In this document: positions 1 through 14,462 of the stretch, piece by piece | How positions within the stretch are numbered: the first letter of the stretch is position 1 | Layout of the letters: every line of letters begins with the position of its first letter | Translations under genes and position numbers: made by a program | The notes under the pieces: generated by a model | Databases searched by the model: none | The model's input: only the letters and a program-made list of their open reading frames with translations | Told to the model about the DNA's origin: nothing | Assembly: GCA_965153455.1 (NCBI GenBank) | Contig: OZ234494.1 | Coordinates: 4,464,001-4,528,000, forward strand | Origin: Sphagnum compactum | Lineage: Eukaryota | DNA length: 64,000 nt | Reading direction: 5' to 3'

Positions 1-443
1 ACCACCTTACACATACGTTGCGTCGTCTGGTATCCTCTCGAACAAGTAAGTGACTTGTCACACACATAATGGCGCTCAAGGATGATAATTATTCAACATA
101 CTAAATTGAAAACACATGGACGTCAGCAATGGAGAAGCTCAAGTGAATTAGTCCCCTTCTTCTACCAGAAAAATTGTTTCTATGGACTTCACATGACCCT
201 AAAATGTAGGGTTACCAAACCTTTTAGTTTACACTTTACGTGCTTTTGGCGTAAGCCTTGCGTGCATTTGAAGCTTGGCGGGTTTTGTGAGTAAAGAGGG
301 ATGTTAAAGAACTGCGATCCAAGCTTTAGTTGAATGTGGAACATATCGGCTGCATCGGGTTCGGAATTCTCGGTATAATTTTGGTCTTTCATTCAGGTTT
401 TGTCTCCCAGGATTGAGAGACAGAGACACACCTACACACAGAG

Positions 444-3400
444 ATGTCACAGTTGCCAGCTTCAGTCGTCTGCTTCCTGATTTTGTGGCTATGGCTACCT
501 CGCATAATTTTTTTGCATGCCAAAGAGTGTACCAACATTCCAACAGAATACTTCTCTCATTCCCTACGTGCACGTAGCATTCCACAGCAGCAGCTTCATT
601 ACGCTTCTGCGAGTTTGGATAACCTAGGAAAAACAGATGTGGTCACATCAGTGGAGTCATCTCTCCACGAGGCGGCTCTTTCAAGTTTTCAAGAACTGGA
701 GCAGAGCAGTGCGGAGAAACTTTTGCCGCAACTGAGAAGATCATTTTCGGAGAATTCTCTCCAAGGGGATTTCTCGGTAGGACAAAATCAGGACGTGAAG
801 TTTGGCAGATCTAGATCGCAGATTGGAGCGGTTAAGGGAATTTTGAAAGAAGTTTCATTGCACAATGTGAGACTCACACCGGGTTCGCCACAGGCAGTAG
901 CTCAGGAAACAAACCTTCAGTACTTGTTAATGCTAGATGTGGACCGCATGGTATGGAATTTTCGCAAGACTGCGGAACTGGAAGCTCCTGGTACGCCTTA
1001 TGGAGGTTGGGAATCCCCTACATCCGAGCTTCGTGGCCACTTCGTAGGTCAATCTTCAACCCTAACCCCAACATAGCTCCTAGCTTCACATCCGTTCACA
1101 GTGACTGTTATCTGCCTTTTATCGTTTGTTGAAGTGTCTGTGTAAGGAATTCCTTTTTGCACATTGTGATTTCCTTGTTCCTGTGATGGAAAAGAATCAT
1201 ATTCGTTCACAGTGGCTCTTCTCTGCCTTTTATTGATTGTTTGAGTCTCTGCGTGAGGAATTCCCTTGTGCACAATTGTGATGTTCCTTGATCCTGTGAT
1301 GGAAAAGAATCATATTCGTTCCCAGTGGCTATTCTCTGCCTTTTATTGATTGCTTGAGTGCTAGCCAACATCACGTCTGAGTCTTCCCATTGCTTCCGGA
1401 AAGGCAACAGAAACTCAGGACGCAGATTGTGTATAATGGTTTGCCCAAGTTTTTTGGGAAGATTATTATATGCTTATCTACACCCACTGTTGGGAGCTGA
1501 TGAACTCAGTGGGTAGTCATGGCAGCTCGTCACTGCCGTTCGTGATGAAGGTGATGGTCTGTCACTTCGTGAGCGACTCTCATGAGGTTATGACTGCACT
1601 CATTGTCGTGTTACCTTTAATTGTTGTTGTGGAGATTTCTCTGCAACTTCATCGATCTCTTCATTGTTTGAGGCTCAGTGTGAGGAATTCCCTTGTGCAC
1701 AATTGTGATGTTCCTTGTTCCTGTGATGGAAAAGAATCATGCCAAGTGAGTGAATGCCTCTTTACCGCTGAGGCTAGAGAGCATTTCTTTACCTGGGGCC
1801 TACAGTCATCCTACTCACAGTAACATTGGTAACAATGCTCCCAGCGCTTCCCATGATACCCTGGAAAGATAATACACTCTATGTTCCTGCAATCTGGATA
1901 ATTGTTTGAACCAGTGAACCATCGTAGTTGAGATAGTCAATGGCTAATTTCTAGGATGTGCCATTTGGTGCAAACATCCTGCTCATTTGGCTACATGCTG
2001 TCATGATGATGAGTTTTTGAATGCTGCTATGTATACAATCCATAAATTGCTGGTCAATGTAAGAAAAGCTTAAACCCTAAACTAGTGTAGAGCACAAGGG
2101 GTTTTTTGATGTGTCTGGAATGTTAAGCTACCATTGGGTTTGAATCCAGTAGACTTAATGGTGCACATTGGAACAAATGCACTTACTCTATTTTCTTGAA
2201 ATTTGGTTTTGTTCTTCCATCAAACTTCAGGGCATTATCTCAGTGCAGCAGCATTGATGTGGGCTAGTACGCATAACATGGCGCTTCTAGCAAAGTTGAA
2301 CATCCTGGTGAAAGCTTTGGAAGAATGCCAGACAAAATTGGGGACAGGCTATTTGTCAGCATTTCCATCTGAGTTTTTTGATCGCTTTGAATCAATTCGA
2401 CCTGTGTGGGCCCCTTACTACACCATCCACAAGGTCTTGTCTTGCCCAATATGCATGTTTTGGATGTTGTTTGCTCCCCTTCCATACTATGTTAATCAAC
2501 ATTGGCTGAGACCTATTAGTGAAACTGAGAGTGATTGACCAGTAGCAGTGTCTCCTGGCTTGAAAGATCATGGCAGGGTTATTAGATCAGTATACACTCA
2601 TAGGGAATGTGCATGCACTGGATATGGTAATGGCCATGACAAAATATTTCAACAAAAGAGTGGAGGCTGTCATCGATCAGTTTACAATAGAGAGGCACTG
2701 GAGATCTCTAAATGAAGAAACTGGGGGCATGAATGATGTTCTCTACCGCCTTTATCGTATCACGGTAAGCCCCCATACTTGTCCTCTACTTTTTCTTCAG
2801 CGAAAAACTTTGAAGCTTCTGTTTGCAAAGTGTCTCAGAGTCAAGGAGTGTTGAAAAGAACCATCAAATTTCAAGGCCTGGTAGTCTGGCTTGAAGAACT
2901 TTTTTCCAAGTTTCAGTCATCAGAGCCTTCTATACTTCTACATGCATTCACAGAAATTCAAAGTAGTGGTGGATTCATATGTCTAATGAGCTGCAGAGAC
3001 CATGTCACATTTTTATAGTATCACCTTATATTAAGCTGCATATGGCACTACTGATTAGTTGTAGCTGCCTTGTGATAGGTAACAGGTCCTGGAGTTGCAC
3101 AAAGGGTTGTTTACCTTATTTGTTGTAGACTTCAGACATCAAGTTCTTGAGGATGCTTGTCTATCTAACAGTGAAAACCAGTTAACACTGCAGTTTGGAG
3201 ATTGAATTCCTGTTTCTGTTTGGAAAACAACCATGTCCAAAGATGTGTCATTTTTTTACTTGGATGTGTCTGAGACTATAAAGCAAGCTATTCTTATGAA
3301 CGATCCAAGGTCACAAATTGTCTGTGCGAGTTCTGGCTCTCAATTCGGAACCACCTTACTCTGTATGCAGGGGGACAAAGAGCATTTGAAGCTGGCTCAT

Positions 3401-6400
3401 CTTTTTGACAAACCATGCTTCCTTGGGCCACTAGCTCTTCAGGTATTCCATTAGCACCTTTTCCTGTAAGGAAGTTTGAGTTTCAAAAGCCAAAATCAGC
3501 TGTCAAAATTCAGAATTCAACACTGATATTCCACTTGTGTTCAGGTCTGCTATGAGGGTTTTGGAGAGAGTCGTCAGACATGGTTTAGTCTTTTGAATTA
3601 TGGTGGATAAAAGGTTGATTCGAGAATACACTAGGCTTCAAGGGTTCCATGTAATTTCACCAGTGATTTCTTAAGCAAGTTCTGTTGCAGATGGTGGGGA
3701 GACTGCACAGGGATCATAAGTTTTGTAGCCTCCAGGGTCCTGCTGCATGTGTATTTGTATTGTCACAATTGTTATTAAACAGAAACCTATTCCTTAGAGG
3801 ATCTAATTGGCCTCTTCATTTAATTTTCCATTCATGGGATGTAATTGCCAGACCTCAGATTCTGCTGCACTCTAGTTAAATTGCCTTGATGTCAAAAAGT
3901 TTATCAGATTAAGAAGCATGAAAATTCTTTAAGTAGAAGATACTAGCAGAATTTCTTTTAGTTAACTGGAGCCAGTAGCACTTGGCAGTTAAGATAAGTC
4001 TTCCTAATCCATGGAGGCCTAGGCTTTCTTCCCCCATGAAGTCCTTATAATCTACTGCAGATCAAAATGATTGTTTATGTTGTTTACTCTTGCAGGTATG
4101 TGTACTCCTTGTGGTGCACTGGCAAAACTTTACTGCTTGCAATACCCTTAGATCAATTCTAAGCAACTAGTGAATGCCTTCCATTTGAAAGCTGTAGTTG
4201 GTTGATTAGGAGCAAATTAAACTGTGCATATTGATGGGTGCAGACAGACAATCTTTCAGGATTCCACTCAAATACTCATATTCCTGTTGTTGTTGGTGCT
4301 CAAATGCGCTATGAAGTGACAGGCGACGAGCTTTACAAGGTACCAATACATTACAATGTATATTGGTCTTCCGATATTTGTTCCTCTATTTACACAGAAT
4401 TCTGCTTGCAAACTCTGGAGATGTTACAGTGCACCCAAATTGTGTGCAATAATTTGGTTAAAAAGTCAATTAACATGGTGTTTTTGGCAGACTATAGCAG
4501 AGTACTTTTTGAAATTTGTCAATTCCTCGCACAGCTATGTTACTGGGGGCACATCTGTAAGCGAATTTTGGTGGGTTCCGATTTGGTTCTTGAAATTGAA
4601 GGCCTCAGATAGAGCATGGATGCTTCAGTTTTACATTGTACTTCTCAAATTTTAAGGATGTTTTTTGGATATCTGCCATTACTAACTCTCACTCTCTTGC
4701 TTCTTCTTTTGTATATGGCCTGTATAGAGTTCCTGACATCTCTTCATCAGGTTCCCCTGTTTGGACTAAGGAAGGAGGTCTCATATATATCAGTTTTTGG
4801 TGACTACCAAAATCAGGGGAATAATAAAAATTCAAGAGATGTTTGAAGAGGTGTTTGGTGCAGTGTGTAGAAATTAAAAACAAGTCGGGACTGGGGAAGT
4901 GAGCAGGATAGATCCAATGAGGCAGGGTGATACTTTACGCACAGAAAATCAGGAATTCTGTACCACCTACAATATGCTCAAGGTAATTCTATTCTTGTCT
5001 TCCTTTTGGTCATACAGAGTTGGTAGACACCCATGCAGAAACCTTGGATATCATGTACCAGGATCCTCTTTGAGTACCGCCATTGATCAATTTGTTGCTT
5101 TTTGGACAGATAAAAGAATTCTTGAGGTTTTCAATGTGCCATGAATGGTTGGATGCAGATTACCAGAAATTTGTTCCGATGGACGAAAGCAGTGCCATAT
5201 GCAGACTATTATGAGAGGATGGTATTGAATGGAGTTATGGGGCTGCAGCGCGGTCAACAGGCAGGAGTGATGATATACATGCTTCCATTGGGCCCAGGAA
5301 CATCAAAGGCAAAAAGTTTCCATGGATGGGGTACCAAATTTGACTCATTCTGGTGCTGTTATGGATCAGGTGACACTTCAATTTCTTCTGTATTCTCACT
5401 TTTCTTGCCTGTTAAGTTTTGTGCTCCTGCAATTTCAACCATTGAATATATGAAATGGGTCACTCTAGAATTGACATCTGTGGACCTTTAGACATTGTCT
5501 GCAATTCAACTCTCTAGAGATGTCTGTAGTAACATTTCTGAAGTTTATCTGTTTCTGGCTAAAGGCTACCCTGTAAAGGCTCTATTAAATCGAACCAGAG
5601 GTTTGCTGAATGAAGAGAAAATTCTTTTTGGAATTTCAATTTCTTGAGATTTCTGAATGATTATGTATGGAGTCTTGTAAGTCGAGAGCTTTTTAAGGCC
5701 CACTTGGTATTTGTTCATCTTCTCTCTTTTGTCTGCTTTGTTCTGTTGTTTCTTCCTCATGCGCCTCTTTTTATTTCCCTTTTCTCTCTGTATTTTCCCT
5801 TCTTTGGCTGTGTATGTTTCTGGACTTGTGACACAAGCTCAGTATACAGGCCAGTAGTTATGCTGGCCTGTACTCACTGTAGGTAGCTGATGAATTCAGT
5901 GCATAAGTTGTGACAGAAAAGTACATGTTACTGTTGATTGTCCATGAACAAGTGAGAGACTCTCACTGCTATTCATATTGCTAGTTTTATAGTTAATTTG
6001 AACTAGATCTTCCCCTTAGATATCTTGATACTCATGAGTGTTATTTATCTGTTTTTAGTTGGTATTCAGGGATTGAATCCTTTGCAAAACTGGGCGACTC
6101 CATCTACTTTGAAGAAGACAACATGCTGGCACTTTATGTGACTCAATTTGTGAGCAGTGAGTTTTCCTGGGATGAGGCAGGGATCTTACTTGCACAGTCA
6201 GTTGGACCCATCAGATCAGAAGACCCTAGTATTCATGTCAAGTTTGAAATTTTGGCTCATGAAGCTACCAGCAAGGAAGCAGTGGTACATATACGAATTC
6301 CTTCATGGACAACTGCACATGGGAGTGCATCACTCAATGGCAAGCAGTTGCAAATTCCACCTCCAGGTAAATACCTCTGATTCTTAAAAGTGTAACATAT

Positions 6401-8091
6401 TTGGCACATATTTTGCAATATGGTGACTTCCAAATTGATCAATGGGTTTCAGTTGTCATGTCTAGAGCATAGAAATTTATGGATTAAGCCACATTTTACA
6501 AAATGATGATTGTCATAAGCATTTGCTTTGAGGAACCAAGCACTAAGCAATAGCCACCATCTTCCATGCCTAAGAATCTCAAGTTAGCAGCTGTAACTGT
6601 TATGTTCTCTATATTTGGTTCTTTTGAAGGGAGCTTTCTGACTGTTGTGCGAAAGTGGGCCCCGGGTGACATAATTTTGTTGGTGCTTCCTATGACGTTG
6701 ATGTTGGAGAGGATTCAAGGTATTTTTCTTGTAAACATGAGACATACTACTATCTATTGCAAAGCTCAAGATGTATTCCACTTGATTTGTAGAAATCAGT
6801 CTGTGAGGTGTAGAAAAACCTGCATGGTCTGTGAATTTGAGCAAGGCACATGTGTAGCATATTGGGTCTTCTGTGGGTTGGGAACTACATTCTGTAAACC
6901 TCAACATTTTAATTTCAAACTTTAGACCCATACCCTGCACCCTGTGCTCTTGATCCCATACTTATTGAGGGGGTTCTATAGTTCTCACCTGTATTCCCAT
7001 GGTTGTCCAAAGTGGTTGCAGTGTCAAGGAAATAATTGCAGTTTTCTTTAGTGATGATATGCCTGAATGGTGGGATAGATCTTCCTTGGTTACTTCAGAA
7101 CCCACCACAGGATCAGATTTCAATCTGCCCTCACTGGCCCTCTTAGATGAGTCATGGGGATCCCTAGTGTCATGCATGGACAATTTGAATGATTTTCCCC
7201 TTGTGTGTACATACAGACAATCGGGATAAATACTCGACTTTACATGCCATACTTTTTGGTCCCTTTGTGATGGCTGGATTGAGCAGTGGTGATTTGAGGC
7301 TGGGGCCAGTTGACGATATTGTTATGTTGTCAAAGTGGATTACACCCATTCCGTCAGAATATCACACACAACTGTACTCTTTCAGGCAAACCCATGTAAG
7401 TGGACAAGAGAGCTCCCTGCTTTGCATTTGTAACATGAATGGGTCTGCAATCATGGGTCCTGTTCCTTTGGAGGGGACGGATGAAGCAGGGTTCTCCACA
7501 TTCCGGTTGGCAACTCCACTGGTCAATGACAGACTACAAGAATCATCAAATTTCAGATCTAAAGATAACAGCTCCTTCCAAATTGACAAGAAGGTTGTTT
7601 CTTTTGAGCTTTTTAATGAGCCTGGTCGATATCTGGCTCACAATGGAGAAAACAGCATTGTGACGGTGGTCAACCAGTTAAGTCATGCTCTGACACCAGA
7701 CCAAAGATTCACATCTGGAGTTCATACATCTCAGCCTGAGACAGTTGACAAAGGGATGTCAGACTTCCAAGCTGCCGATGCTGTATTTGTTGTGTGTCCA
7801 GGGCTCACAGAGGAAAAAGAGACGGTTTCATTTGAGGCTGTGAGTAAACCCGGCTGCTTCCTTTCATCAAGGAATGATGGAGAATCAGAAGGCATTCATG
7901 TGATTCTAAGATGCAAACTAACAGAAAATGATGCCGGGTTTGACACTATGAGCACATTCACTATTGAGGAAGGGTTTGCATCCTATCATCCAGTAAGCTT
8001 TGTGGCAAGGGGTGGATCACGCAATTTTCTTCTGGCACCCCTTAGTGCATACCAAGATGAAAGGTATACAACATACTTCGAAATCTATTAG
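444..8091 (+). CDS. Secreted GH127/GH146 (DUF1680) beta-L-arabinofuranosidase-like protein with C-terminal alpha-L-arabinofuranosidase B (AbfB/CBM42)-like domain; 11 exons, 933 aa
   Basis: Exons deduced from GT-AG junctions that preserve frame: 444-1047, 2231-2433, 2567-2764, 3371-3442, 4244-4339, 4491-4570, 4907-4982, 5159-5369, 6070-6366, 6630-6719, 7217-8091 (2802 nt = 934 codons including stop). Hydrophobic N-terminus followed by KECTN. Family motifs: ELRGHFVGHYLSA, WAPYYTIHK, LNEETGGMNDVL, GFHSNTHIP, GGTSVSEFW, EFCTTYNMLK, FWCCYGSGIESFAKLGDSIYF, and C-terminal YHPVSFVARG...DERYTTYF. Confidence 0.95.
1094..1740. repeat. Triplicated ~80-120 bp segment in intron 1
   Basis: 'aggaattcc(c/t)ttgtgcac...tgtgat(g)ttccttg.tcctgtgatggaaaagaatcat' recurs at ~1145, ~1256 and ~1683. 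Confidence 0.85.
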
Positions 8092-9724
8092 GCAGGCTGG
8101 ATATTCTCTGAATCTCACTACAAACTTTAATTGCTGACTTAACTGGAGCCCCTTCAAGACTACAACCTGAATCCCAATATCTAATAAACAAAATCACTTG
8201 TTGATTGGCAATAGTATGAGGTTATTTCTTTACAGGTTGATGAGCCCATCAAGCCTGTTCATCTTGTAGGTGCTGCTGCTGTGGGCAATTGTTGAGACAA
8301 TTTTAGAGGTATTCCTGTAAAAGTTTAACATTTTACTTCTCACCAAAAGTCTTCGGTGACTTTTAGTGGTCAGCCTGAGAACTGATCAGAGTCAGAGTCA
8401 GCCAGATGTCTTCGGTTTGTGAACTTGTTTGTAATTTAAATAGGATTTGCACATGAAGGGAGATGATTCTACACCAAACTTTACTGGCCAGGACTGCCTG
8501 CCTGGAGCTCTATTTCCTATACTGTGTTGATATCATCCTGCAGCCTCATGAGGTAGCTTACATTGCTATGACCTGTTTTGGCAAGCAGGGGTGGTATGTG
8601 CCAAACCCACAAACTATGAAGTTCTCCTGTTACTGTAAGAGCTGTTTCTGTGCTAGGAACTTCACTGTTTCCTGATGGGGTGTATGCTCCTCCCACTTGC
8701 ACTATGACTGATAAGATGGCTTCCGTTATGTGTGACATTCTGTCCCAAAGCTCAGCCCTCCCTTATCAACCTATGTACATACAGAGTCCCAGGCTGTAAC
8801 AAAAAACAGGAAGAGACCTGTGGCCGTTAACAGTGCTGTTTTTATGGTTCATAACTGGGATTATCAAAAATTCAAAGAATTGGTGCTACAATTTAAGCAG
8901 AGCTCTCAAAAAATCTGAAAAGAAAATTTGAAATAATCAGTTTTGTAAGTACCCATTCTGTACTGGCTCTTTCTTGAAAACTGCCAGTTCCTTGGGTGTT
9001 TGAAATAGTCAGATTCTGGAGGTTCTTTTCATTTTATTTTTCTTTCCAAAGAGCTGGTGGTTCTCTCAGTCTGAAATATTAAAAGAACCAGAGCTGGTGG
9101 TCTTTAACAAAATCAAAAACTTACTTGAAAGATTATAGCAATTGTCATACCAACTTGAACATCCTTTATTTGCCTGCCTTCATCCCACATTGTCAGGCCC
9201 AACTTCATTCCCCAGCATAAAATGATTGCCAGGTTTTGATGGCAGGCGCCTACCGGGTGCCTACATTAGTACCTTTTTGAAGTCAGGGGCATCCTGCCCA
9301 AGAGTGAAAGTGTGTGCATGTGAGTGAAAACAGGGTAATTGTTAATAAAATCATTTTTTGCCTAGCAGTAAATATTCCAGCAAGTACTGATAATTTTTTT
9401 TTACTTTGTTCTATATCAAAAATGGCAATGTATCAATGCATCATATTCCATCATGCATTATGTCATCATGCATCATGTTACATCATCAACATAAATCCTA
9501 CATATGTGTAAGGAAGGGTGGGGAAAATTTCAAAATGACTACATGCATAGAAACTTTATAGATGAACATCTAAATGTTTGTTTATTATACTATAATCGTT
9601 AATGTATCAAGAAATATTAGTACATTAAATTTTGAAAAATACATGGATAAGATATTATCATATTTCCAAGTTTTTGGGTAAGCTAAAGTAATTGTAGTTT
9701 AGTACCAAACCACCAATTTATTGG

Positions 9725-11160
9725 TGACACATGTGTGAACAATACATTGAATGTATTACTAATATTTCACACTTGAGAAATAAATGGTTACATATGAAAA
9801 CTTGACACCTAGCATATTTTAACAATTCTTTTTTATCATAACTAACTATAATTTACCATATTTTTTGATACACCAAGGATTTATTGATACATTAAGGATT
9901 TTTCAACCCATCTAAACATAGAAAGAGCAGAATTTTTTTCAGAATAAATGGACAAGAGGTGGCCACATTTCCCAGTTTATAGGTTAGGTAAAACAACTAT
10001 TAATTTAGTAAAAAACCCATAATTTACTATCAAGATGTGATGTGAGCAAGACATTGAATGTATTATAAACATATTTTCACACTTGAAAAATAAACCTTAC
10101 ATATGAAAATTTGACATGTAAAATACATTTACTCATTTTTCAGTAATAACTAATTATTATTAACCATATGTCATTAATACACTAAAACTTTTTTGATACA
10201 TTAGTGATGTGTCGATACACTAAGACTTTTCAACCCCTCTAAACATAAAAAGAGTGAAAAATTTTAAAAATAAATGGACAAAAGGTTGCCACATTTCCAA
10301 GTTTATAAATAAGGTAAAATAATTGTTAATTTTGTTAAAAACCATTAATCTACTATCAACATGTGATGTGAACAATACATTGAGTGTATCATAAACATAT
10401 GTTCACACTTGAAAAATAAACTTTACATATGAAAATTTGACACCTAATATACATTTACAATCCATTTTTTATTATAATTAATTAATGTTAACCATATGTC
10501 ATTGATACACTAAAGATTTGTTAATATATTAATGATCTATTGATACACTAAAGACATTATGATACATTAAAGATTTTCCAACCAGTCTAAACATAAAAAA
10601 AGTAGGAATTTTTTCAAAATAAATGGACAAGAGGTTGCCACATTTCAAAGTGTATGGGTAAAGTCAAAAATAATTAATTCAATCGAAATGCACCACTATG
10701 ATGCTAATTAATAAGATGTGGTGTGAACAATACATTGAATGCATTATAAACATATTTTCATGCACTTGAGAAATAAACTTTACATATGAAAATTTGACAC
10801 CTAATATACATTTACAATCTATTTTTATATTATAATTAACTATTATTAACCATGTGCTTTTAATACACCAAAGATTTGTTGATACCTTAATGATCTATTG
10901 ATACAAATAAATACCCTTTGATACACTAAAAATTTTATAGTCTATCTAAACATAGAAAGAATGAATTTTTTTTCAAAATAAATGGACAAAAGGTTGCCAC
11001 ATTTAAAGTGTATGGGTAAAGTAAAAAAGTAATTAATTTAACCAAAATGCACCACTATGTTACTAACACATGGTGTGAGTAATACATTGAATGTATTACT
11101 AGTATTTGACACTTGAAAAAAAAATATCTACATATGGGAAAATTTGACACGTGTTACACA
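9725..11160. repeat. Degenerate tandem array, ~4.5 units of ~310-360 bp
   Basis: 'tgtgaacaatacattgaatgtatt' at ~9733, 10040, 10367, 10722 and 11074; 'aaatggacaa.aggttgccacattt' once in each full unit. Confidence 0.85.
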
Positions 11161-12023
11161 TTTTCCACGACTTTTTGACTTTAAATAATTGATATTTGCA
11201 TTTGCTTGTTTATTATAAATATATGTTGAACTTCCAATGAAGATTTATTTTGCAGATTAGGGTTTGGGGTCGCATTTTTCAAGCTTTTGCATATCAAATT
11301 TGACATGAATTTCCTTTTCACATGATCTTCTTGTGTTATTCCAAGGGTGTTTTGGAGCACACTTTTGACATTTTTACAATTTTTTCACATATCATTGTGA
11401 CTTAATTCTATGTAAGTCAAAGATTTACCATTTTTAATTGTATGTTGATTATCACAATTTGAATGTAAGGTGCGTAGAAATTAATATCTTTTACAATTGT
11501 TCTTGCAAGCATGGAAGGGAAGTTGCCCTTGTATGAACATGGCCATCAAGTTGAAATGCAAGCATTAGAAAATGTAGTTCAAACACCACCAAATGGGCCT
11601 TTTGATCATGAAGATTAGTTGTGGGATGTTGTCATTCGACACATTGGGATGCAACAAGGCCCTTGCCTTGTTGAAGTTGCATTCATCCCCACAACTCGAA
11701 TGCTGATTCATAACTGGTGATAGAGGTAAAGATGGTGGACAATGACGCTTTCTTTGCAAAAAACACATCATCCACCTTGACAATGATTTTGCAACAACCG
11801 CAAATAGATAGTGCTTCTGAGTTTTCAAAGTTCAAATCTAAACTTTTATTACATTTTTGCACCAACATTTGCATACATATTATACATGTTTAGATGTGAT
11901 CTTCACCATCTGATGAATTAATTTTACTATTCTGTAAACATGAAATATGTGACTAATTGTTTGTTTTGTAATGCAATGTATGTTCATAAGTAGCACAAAA
12001 TTGGTTGGCCAGTTGTTTGTAGG

Positions 12024-14462
12024 TACCAATGTCAATATGGTCCCAATGATCTCACAAATGTTGTGAAGGATATTACACAAAACCACAATGCAGCTCCAAA
12101 AAAATTGGACATCAATGGAAAAGTAATCCCATCAGGGATAGGCCACAAGGGTACAAGAGATTTTAGGAAGAAATGGGGTGGTTCTATAAAAAGAGGATGT
12201 AGAGTTGAATTCACCATTAAGACATTGTATTTGTTCAAACATGTATCAGAGTTATGTTTCATTCAACAAAATCATGTTATCAAGATGGTCTACATGTCCA
12301 TGGGGATTTAAAGATGGGTGATAGCTCTGCATTTGCTGCCCATTTATCAGACCAAATCAAGGATTTTGTGATGGAACAACTAAGGCTTGGACTCATAATG
12401 TCTCAAATTATGGCAAAACATAGGTAGCATGTGAAGAACATCATTTTAGGGACATGTGAGTTAAATAGAAACATGTTCTTGACTAAGCAAGATGTCAAGG
12501 TGTTGTCTGGGAAATTGGCTCAAGAAACATACCAACTACATAAGAACGATGCAAAAAATGTGCATATGTGGGTTCAACAAAACACCAATTCAATGTTTTA
12601 TTATCAAGAAATTGGGGTAGAAGTGAATGGCGGTTTCATTGGGCAAAACATGCCTTTCACTCTAGGTATCCAAACACCATGGCAAAGGGAGATGATGATT
12701 GAACATGGGCACCAAGGAGGTGTTGTAGTTGATGCAACCTTTGGGACAAATGAAAAATAGGTGATACATTATGTCCGATACATAATACATGCACATGTGA
12801 TCTAATACACTAGTATATATGTAATCTAATGTCATTGAAACGTTAATAGGACAAATCAACAGACATAAAAAAAATACATGTAGAAATTTGAAATTGTTAA
12901 TAGATCATTCATTACATCTTTTGTCAATGTTTAACTGACATGTCTCTATTGTGAATTGTGGCAGTTCCCCCTTTATACCATGATGGTGTTTGACCAATGG
13001 CACAATGGCATTCCTGTAGCATATTGCATCACATCACAATGTCAATAAAAGGATTTGACACTATGGATGCACGCTTTGAATGAAAGCATTCACAATACTC
13101 ACCCATCATGGCATCCCAATGCTTTCATGGTTGATTATGCCCAAGGGGAAATCAACTGCATCAAGTACAATCCTTATCCCTTCCCCCTTTGTATCCAACA
13201 AATTGCCAACTATTTATTATACATGTCACTTACCCCAATGGATGTAACATGCATCAACATTGATTGTATTTAATTCCACCAAGTTTTGTATAAAATGCAT
13301 TTTCTTTCTTGCAGGACAATATGGCCAGACACTGCCATTTTCTTATGTTTGTGGCATGTGAAAAGAGCATGACAAAAACAAGCATGTATCAAAATGAAAG
13401 ACCAAGCATTACATAGTAATGTATTACAAGAACTAAGGAACATCATGTATGACAAGGATGGTCCATCTGGAGCAAGTGCTGAAATGTGGACAATGAATAT
13501 GCTACAATATATCATTAGCAAATACCCTGCAGCTAATGTCTTTTGGAAATACATGGAGGAAAATTGGTGACATAAAACTCACATGTGGGTGGTTGGATTT
13601 CGAAATCTACCATATGTTGGGCAAAACACCAATGCTACAATTGAAAGTTACCATGGGACATTGAAGGCCTAATTGAAGTTAGGGAAAAGTAGATTGGTTG
13701 GTCGTCATGTGGATTGGTGCATCCATGAGTTAGTCGAAGATGTCCTCACTCAATACTGGTATAAAGTCTACGAAGAATTTTGGGTTCATGAACAACAAAC
13801 ACCAACAATTGTTTGTGGTTGGGGCCTTGTTGGGGGCACGGTTGATTCTTGACACAAATGTGACATTGCCTTCCTATGATGGTGGCCTAGCACATGTCAT
13901 GTCATAAAAAAAAGCCCCATATGCGATACACCATCCACAACCCAACATCAAAGTGGGCATGTTGTAACTATGTCAGTGCACAACATGGAAACATTTGCAA
14001 GCATCAACTCAAGGTTTGAATGCTTCTTCATCCTGACCTTGCAGAAGGCACAATCGCTTGGTTTTGTGGATCATTGAAAGGGACTTCTTAAGGTGGGTTG
14101 AAAAACTTACTTAGTCCACAAGTGGGTACACCCCCCCCCCCCACATGATGACAACTCCACCTACATTAATTTGTAAGTTGACCACCCCAATACAAGTCAA
14201 TTTAGAGGAATAGTTTTGAAGCATGGCATTGGATATGGTGGATGCAGCTAGCAGGAATCAAGTTCTCCTTGAACATTTGATGGCACATTTTCACCATGCA
14301 CAAGGCAATCAAGCAAAGGTTGTGGTGGAGTTACAAAGTGGGTTACATAACCCCATAGCCCCAAACCTTGTCCTTCTACCAATTGAAGATGGACAAAGGT
14401 TTAGCCTCAAACAACACTTGAACTTTTTGGCTCATGGGCACAAGCCAATTGCAAAAAAATGA
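12024..14462 (+). pseudogene. Mutator-like (MULE) DDE transposase with SWIM zinc finger, degraded, intron-containing
   Basis: Motifs read across stops and frameshifts: KRGCRVEF, VVVDATFGTNEK, FPLYTMMVFDQWHNGIPVAY, FMVDYAQGEINCIK, LCLWHVKRA*QK, NTNATIESYHGTLK, and SWIM-like C-N-Y...GNICKHQLKV. GT-AG intron 12761-12964. Several premature stops. Confidence 0.85.

Noticed and set aside
82-585. Short ORFs upstream of or antisense to the host gene start
   Set aside because: No recognisable motifs; most likely promoter/5' UTR sequence.
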